DNA from: Chiloscyllium plagiosum
Taxonomy: Eukaryota
Assembly (NCBI RefSeq): GCF_004010195.1
Contig: NW_025214728.1
Span: 1-43,017, forward strand
Length of the DNA stretch: 43,017 nucleotides
Reading direction: 5' to 3'
A model generated the notes under the pieces. That model did not search any database and had not been told where the DNA came from. It worked only from the letters and a program-made list of their open reading frames with translations. Of this stretch, positions 36,272 through 43,017 are shown piece by piece. Each line of letters begins with the position of its first letter. The first letter of the stretch is position 1. Made by a program: the position numbers and the translations under genes.

Positions 36272-37882
36272 ATAGAGTCATAGAGATGTACAGCACGGAA
36301 ACAGATCCTTCGGTCCAACTTGTCCATGCAGACCAGATATCTCACCTGCCAGCACCCGGCCCATCTGACTCCAAACCCTTCCCATTCATGTGCCCATCCA
36401 GGTGCCTTTTAAATGTTGCAATCGTACTAGACTCTACCACTTCCTCTGGCAGCACATTCCATACATTTAGCACCCTCTGCATGAAAACGAAACATTGCTC
36501 CTCAGATCTCTTTTATATCTTTCCCCTCTCATCCTAAACCTATGCCCTCTAGTTCTGGACTCCCCCACCCCCAGGGAAAAGACTTTGTCTATTTATCCTA
36601 TCCATGCCCCTCATAATTTTATAAACTTCTATAAGGTAACCCCTCAGGCTCCAATGCTCCAGGGAAAACAGCCCCAGCCTATTCAACCTCTTGCTATAGC
36701 TCAAATCCTCCAACCCTGGCAACATCCTTATAAATATTTTCTGAACGCTTTCAAATTTCACATCCTTCCAATAGGAAGACCAGATTTGCATGCAATATTC
36801 CAAAAGTGGTGGAACCAATGTCTTGTACAGCTTCAACATGACCTCTTAACAGGCTAAGCAAAGACAAGCCAAAGAATTCCTAGAGGCCTGGCACTCCAAC
36901 CACAACGCCATAAACAAACACATAGATCTAGATACCAGCTATCAACCCCTCAGAAAATGAACAGGAAATGACATCACCACAAACCCCAGGAACCCCATTC
37001 AGGACAAATATATAAATAGAAAGCAAGAGACAACAGCTTTGCTTCACTTGGAGATCGCCACTGATGATGTTACCTAGCCAGGTAATAAAACGTCTGGATA
37101 TCAAACCTACAGCTGAGCGAGCAAACCTACACCCTAAACCTCAACCTGAGCTACAAACCTTCACAAACCTTGCATGACCTCTTAACCCCTGTACTCAATA
37201 CTCTGACCTATAAAGCATACCAAACGCTTTCTTCACTATCCTATCTATCTGCGATTCCACTTTCAAAGAGCTATGAACCTGCACTCCAAGATCTCTTTGT
37301 TCAGCAACACTCCCCAGGACCTTACCATTAAGTGTATACGTCCTGCTAAGATTTGCTTTTCCAAAATGCAGCACCTCACATTTATCTAAATTAATCTCCA
37401 TCTGCCAATTCTCAGCCCATTGGCCCATCTGCTCAAGATCCCATTGTAATCTGAGGTAACCTTCTTCGCGGTCTACTACACCTCCAATTTGGTCATCTGC
37501 AAACTTACCAACCATACCTCTTATGCTCACATTAAAATCATTTATCTAAATGATGAAATGTAGTGGACCCAGCACCGATCCTTGTGGCACTACACTGGTC
37601 ACAGGCCTCCAGTCTGAAAAAGCAACCCTCCACCATCACCCTCTGTCTTCTACCTTTGAGCCAGTTCTGTATCCAAATGGTTAGTTCTCCCTATATTCCA
37701 TGAAATCTAACCTTGCTAACCATGTCCCATGGGAACCTTGTTGAATGCCTTACTGAAGTCCATATAGATCACTTCAACCCCTCTGCCCTCATCAATCCTC
37801 TTTGTTACTTCTTCAAAGAACTCAATCAATTTTGTGAGACATGATTTCTCACGCACAAAGTCATGTTGACTATCCCTAATCC
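36272..37882 (-). mobile_element. CR1/HER1 LINE 3' half, interrupted by a PLE fragment
   Basis: ORFs 37716-37931 (SCLTKLIEFFEEVT..YMDFSKAF), 37195-37530 (KFADD, QRDLGV) and 36549-36839 (LEYCMQIW); tail at 36272. Confidence 0.92.
36851..37172 (+). mobile_element. Penelope/Poseidon-type PLE 3' fragment
   Basis: QAKQRQAKEFLEAWHSNHNAINKHIDLD GIY-YIG C-terminus, hammerhead-like core at 37061-37094, perfect 14-bp TSD CATGACCTCTTAAC (36837-36850 and 37173-37186). Confidence 0.85.
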
Positions 37883-37967
37883 TGGTTTCACTTCCCAGTT
37901 TAGCACTGTTAGATTTGATGTCCCTCAGCAATGACTCCTCAGCTTGCTCCTTAGTCTTATTCTAAAG

Positions 37968-40617
37968 ACTGGCAAGTGTGCGGAAAGCTGAATGACTACA
38001 GAAATTAAGGTTTTGGTTAAGAAAAAGAAGGAAGCATATGTCAGGTATAGTCAGGATAGATCAAGTGAATCCTTAGAAGAGTATAAAGGCAGCGGGAGTA
38101 TACTTAAGAGGGAAATCAGGATTGCAAAAAGGGGACATGAAATAGCTTTGGAAAATAGGGTTAAGGAGAATCCAAAGGGTTTCTACAAAGGACAAAAGGG
38201 TAACTAGGGACAGAACAGGACCCCTCAAAGATCAGCAAGATAGCCTATGTGTGGAGCCATAGGAGATACTAAATGAGTATTTTGCATCAGTATTTACTGT
38301 GGAGAAGGACATGGAAGGTATATTACATGGGGAAATAATTGGTGATATCTTGAAAAATGTCCATGTTACAGAGGAGGAGGAGGTGCTGTATATCTTGAAA
38401 TGCATAAAAGTGGATAAATCCCCAAGGCCTGATTAGTTGTACCTGAAGGGAAGCGATTGCTGCCTCCTTGCTGAGATATTTGTATCATCAATTGTCACAG
38501 GTGAAATGCCATAAGACGGAGATTGGCAAATTTGGTGCCACTATTGAAGAAAGGTGTTAAGGAAAAGCCAGGGAACCATAGACGGGTGAGCCGGAGATCA
38601 GTGATGGGAAAGCTGTTAGAAGGAATCCTGAAGGACAGGATTTACATGTATTTGTAAAGGCAAGGACTGATTAAGGGTAGTCAGCATGGCTTTGTGCATG
38701 GGGAATCATGTCTCATGAATTTGAATGAGTTTATTTGAAGAAGCAGTAAAGGGGATTGATGAGGGTAGAGCAGTTGACATGACCTATATGGACTTCAGTA
38801 GGATATTTGACAAGGTTCAGCATGTGAGACTGATTAGCAAGGTTAGATCTCATGGAATATAGGAAGAACTAGCCATTTCAATACAGAACTGGCTGAAAGG
38901 TATGCAATGAAGATGTGGGTATACCCCTAAAAGAGTTAAAAGCAGCAGAACTACCGGATCCAGCACCAAGTGTACTCAAAAATGGCAACAATGTAATACT
39001 AGGTCGAAGCACTTCATTAGTTTGTTGCTTGCAGACAAAAACAAATTTGAATTCAGCCAATCAGTTTAAATTATACCCAAAGCATAACAAACTCCATTCA
39101 AGCTTGAATTGAGTATATTGACAACCTTAAAAGCCAATGACACAATCTGATGCACTGGAGTAGGACCGGGGAAAATTGAACAGTTGAGAGGAGAACTGCC
39201 ATGACTCGGCATGTAAACAGGCTGCTCGAAAATAGTTCTCTCTTAAAAGTCCCTTTTCAATCAGTAACCTGTAACATAGAAATTCCTAACAAGGAAAAAA
39301 GAAGACAAGAACCTACCGCTGTCTCGTTTTGAGATAAGAAGTGTTGTTTTGTAAATTTTAATTGGGAATTTTATTAGACTAGTATTATAAAAAAGAAGCT
39401 AAAAGATAGGTTATAGAAAGAAATTGTAAATAGTGGTTACTTAATTATTCTCTGTTATACTTTAAGAAATAAAGTCGTTAATTTTTACTTCTCATAGTTC
39501 TTGACCATTCGAATTTTTACAGATTACTGCATGGGAAAAATCTTTTCTGTTTTGCTGGTTTTAAATTAAGCAGGAGGGATTACCCATATTGTAACAGGTA
39601 GAAGACAGAGGGTGATGGTGTTGGAGAGTTGCTTTTCAGATTGGAGGTGGTGTGCCACAATGATTTGTGTTGCTCCACTACATTTCATCATTTATATAAA
39701 TGATTTTAATGTGAGCATAAGAGGTATAGTTAGCAAGTTTGCAGATGACACCAAAATTGGAGGTGTTGTGGACAGCGAAGGTTATCTCAGATTATAACGG
39801 GATCTTGATCAGGTGGGCCAATGGGATCAGGAGTGGCAGAGGAGCTTAATTTAGATAAATACGAGGTGCTGCATTTTGGAAAAGCAAATCAGAGCAAGAC
39901 TTATACAATAAATGGTAAGGTCCTGGAAGTTTTGATTAACAAAGAGATCTTGGAGTACAGGTTCATAGTTCCTTGAAAGTAGAGTCGCAGGTAGTGAAGA
40001 AAGTGTTTGGTATGCTTTTCTTTATTGGTCAGAACATTGAATATAGGAGTTGGGAGGTCATGTTGCAGCCATTTTTGGAATATTGCATGCAATTCTGGTC
40101 TCCTTCCTACCGGAATGTTGTAAAACTTGAAAGGGTTCAGAAAAGATTTACAAGGATGTTGCCAGGGGTGGACTGTTTGAGCTATAGGGAGAGGCTGAAT
40201 AGGCTGTGGCTGTTTTCCCTTGAGCGTTGGAGGCTGAGGGATGACCTTATAGAAGTTGATAAGATTATGAGGTACATGAACAGGTGAATAGACAAGGTCT
40301 TTTCCCTGGGGTGGGGAAGTCCAGAACTAGAGGGCATAGGTTTAGGGTGAGAGGGGAAAGATATAAAGGGGGCCTAAATGGCAACGTTTTCGCACAAAGG
40401 ATGGTGCGTCTACGGAATAAGCTGCCAGAGGAAGTGGAGGAAGCTGGTACAATTACAGCATTTAAAAAGCATCTGGATGGGTATATGAATAGGAAGGGTT
40501 TAGAGGGATATGGGCCAAGTGCAGGCAAGTGGGACTAGCTTAAGTTGCGATGTCTGGTCGGCCTGGACAAGTTAGACCTAAGGGCCTGTTTCCATGCTGT
40601 ACATCTCTATGACTATG
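37968..40617 (+). mobile_element. CR1/HER1 LINE ORF2 3' two-thirds, interrupted by a solo LTR
   Basis: KENPKGFY, LNEYFASVFT, SQHGF, KFADDTK, LEYCMQFWSP and TRGHRFRV motifs; tail CTCTATGACTATGA. Confidence 0.92.
38903..39596 (+). mobile_element. Solo LTR, 694 bp (Gypsy or ERV type)
   Basis: TG..CA termini, 4-bp TSD GGTA (38899-38902 and 39597-39600), AATAAA at 39468-39473; the CR1 sequence rejoins exactly when the insert is removed. Confidence 0.85.
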
Positions 40618-41167
40618 AGTGATCCTCAACGCCAAATAACAAGTTGCACTAAATGCCAATGACACAAGTTCTTTGGAAAACTTTTCTTAACCCCTCCCAC
40701 TGTGTTAAGTTTGTTACAATGCCTGTCTAACATATAATGCAGGATAAAGAGAATCAGCTAGAAATTCAAGGTAGGAATGCAGCAGGCCACAAAGGACTTT
40801 GAAAACAAGGAACAGAATTTTTAATCAAGGCATTTCTTCACTAGGAACCACAATCTTTGACTCAAATGCTACAACTTCTCACAATCCGGACTTGTCTGAT
40901 TATACTCCTGCGAAGTGCCGTGGGATGTTGGCAATGTAACTAGTGCTTTACAAATGTCAGTTGTTTTCAGTAAGTAGGCCATGTGTTTTGTTCATATGCA
41001 CTTTCAACAATTGGCACAATGTTGCTTGGCATTTCCAAATGGAATCCATATATTACTCTCTATGACAAGCATATTTCCCAGAAGTATCACACCTTATATG
41101 ATTGTTATAGGCAAGTAACGTTTTACCTGATACATAGTTACAGGAGAAAACATTGCCTTTGGAAAAC

Positions 41168-41360
41168 AGTGAGGTGGCTCAGTGGTGAGCACTGATGCCT
41201 TAGGTCAGGGACCTGTGTTCAATTCCAGCCTCAGGTAACTATGTGGAGTTTGCTCATTCTCCCTGTATCTGTGTGGGTTTCCTCTGGGTGTTTCTGTTTC
41301 CTTCCAAGTTCAAAGATGTGCAGGTTACGTGGAATTGCCCACATGCTAAATTGTCCATAA
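41168..41360 (+). mobile_element. Older HE1-type V-SINE, 3'-truncated
   Basis: GGTGGCTCAGTGG A box, GTTCAATTCC B box and a degenerate V-domain. Confidence 0.78.
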
Positions 41361-42044
41361 ACATAGAAGTACTCACTTGATTAAGTTGGCAAATTGAAAA
41401 GTCAGAAAAACTGTTTACAATATGCATCAACAAGTACACACCAAGTATAATAATTAGAAGCACAAAGAGCAAACAAACTTCAATGCCAGACTTGTTCTGT
41501 CTCCCATCCACCTTGCATAAAAATTCTTCAAATCACTAAACCATGCTTCTTGTATTTTTCCTATACGACATGTCACTCATTCACTGACCTGCTGTGGTTC
41601 CCATTTCCAGATTGTAATTTGGTTGTGTTACCCTTTCTTTTTAATCTTCTCTGCAGCCCTTTGAAAATTTGCTATTCTTTGAACATTACCATCTTTTACC
41701 TTTCACAATTGCTTGACTCCTTTGACAGTTATGCTTTCGGACATCTTAGCCCTAAGCTGTTTAATTTAAAAGATCAGCACTTGAGTGGTGGTCTCATTAA
41801 TAGCACCAACAAAACTTTCTGTCTTGTTGCAGCAAGTTTGGTGAAAGGCCTCTACAATCAAGTCTGAAGGAAAATAGTCTGGGAGTACAAACAAGATCAA
41901 AATATTGGGTAGCAGTTTCACCCTACTGCACTGCTGCCAATGCCAAGAAAATCTAGCCCTGTAAAACAAGTAACTATTGTAAAAAGGAGACCGTAATGCA
42001 AAGTTCACATATATAAGCGGGTATATACACATAATGCAGAGAAG

Positions 42045-42122
42045 ATTGATGATTAGCCATTATCTACAATCTTGAAGTCGGCTCAAAGGGTCTGAATGGC
42101 CTACTCCTATTCATGTTTCTCT
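42045..42122 (+). mobile_element. CR1 3' tail fragment
   Basis: GGCTCAAAGGGTCTGAATGGCCTACTCCT. Confidence 0.5.
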
Positions 42123-43017
42123 GAATGTATCACAAAATTCATGGAGACCTGCAATCGTGAAATCTTTCTCCATGCTTAGTTACCTAATCTTATCTCTGAT
42201 CAAAATCAATCAGCTCAGTTATGATGTATTACTTTGTGTTCTCCTCAGTTACATGTTTCGTCCTTGGTAAGGAATGTTCGTACTAGAAGCAAAGTTTCCA
42301 TAACAATCTTTGGTAGCAGTGAGCAAAGAGGACAAAAACGGAGTCAGCCTTGTGCTGCTGTTTATGGTACAATGCTGCTTGTTATATATGGATGTTGATT
42401 TATGGTTAACACTGCTTCATAATTACAGCCTGTTATTTGAATATCCTGCTGAAACTTCCCAGCATCACACTACACAAATATTGTGCCAATGAAGCACCTG
42501 TGGAATTTGCCATCCAGTGTAAATCACTGGAGAGAGCAAAATTTGCAACACTGATCATACGCAGAAACCCACTTCTAGTGTGCTTCTTTTTGAGTTAGGC
42601 ATGTGTGCACCAAGGTGTAACTCAATTGAAGACGTGTGCACATCAGAAAGAATTATGTGAGGTCTTTTAGTCTGCACATATCTCCAGCACATTTCCAATG
42701 TCAATTGTGATCTTCAGAAGAGGAAATTGCATGGAAAAGAGGAACTCTGTTGAAACAGCAAGGAAGAATAGAATTCTAATAACAAGGATAACGGTTATTG
42801 CAAAATCTTTTGACAGTAATTTAGAAGAATAAAAAAAACTTTGCCTTTTTATGTCAATCCAAGTATCTTTGACCAATTCTGCAGCTGCCCATGTGCATCA
42901 TCACAATCTCACATTTACCATTGATCCCATCACCAATAAAATTCTTACTCTTTCCCACCATGGCATGTCCTTGGGTACTACAACCCCTCTCTCTTATCAG
43001 CCTCACTGCCCCCCCCC

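Noticed and set aside
36272..40617. Two opposed CR1s as one 5'-inverted insertion
   Set aside because: Each has its own 3' tail and overlapping ORF2 regions, and L2 sequence lies between them.

Overview
Eukaryotic, repeat-dense genomic DNA, almost certainly from a shark or ray (inferred from HE1-type V-SINEs with (ATCTA)n tails and abundant CR1/HER1 LINEs). The only clear host-gene signal is a CpG-island promoter at about 34.7-35.45 kb driving a minus-strand gene. Its first exon ends in ATG GAG GCC TGC AGT CGC TAC CAA GTG|GTGAGT (MEACSRYQV, gene not recognised), and a candidate 78-nt exon lies at 23238-23315. Bases 1-34830 are therefore probably intronic and the rest is upstream. The remainder is nested mobile DNA: many CR1 fragments, L2, Rex1/Babar, Deu-SINE and HE1 SINE remnants, two solo LTRs and at least four Penelope-like element (PLE) families whose ends carry minimal hammerhead-ribozyme cores. 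The most unusual structures are three short palindromic PLE-derived insertions. Two are about 220 bp with 14-15 bp TSDs and two head-to-head hammerhead cores whose arms share copy-specific mutations. There is also a 5'-inverted (twin-primed-like) SINE and a cluster of tail-less tRNA-like repeats. No prokaryotic system or CRISPR is present. Repeat family names come from pattern recognition, not a database search, and boundaries of old repeats are approximate.
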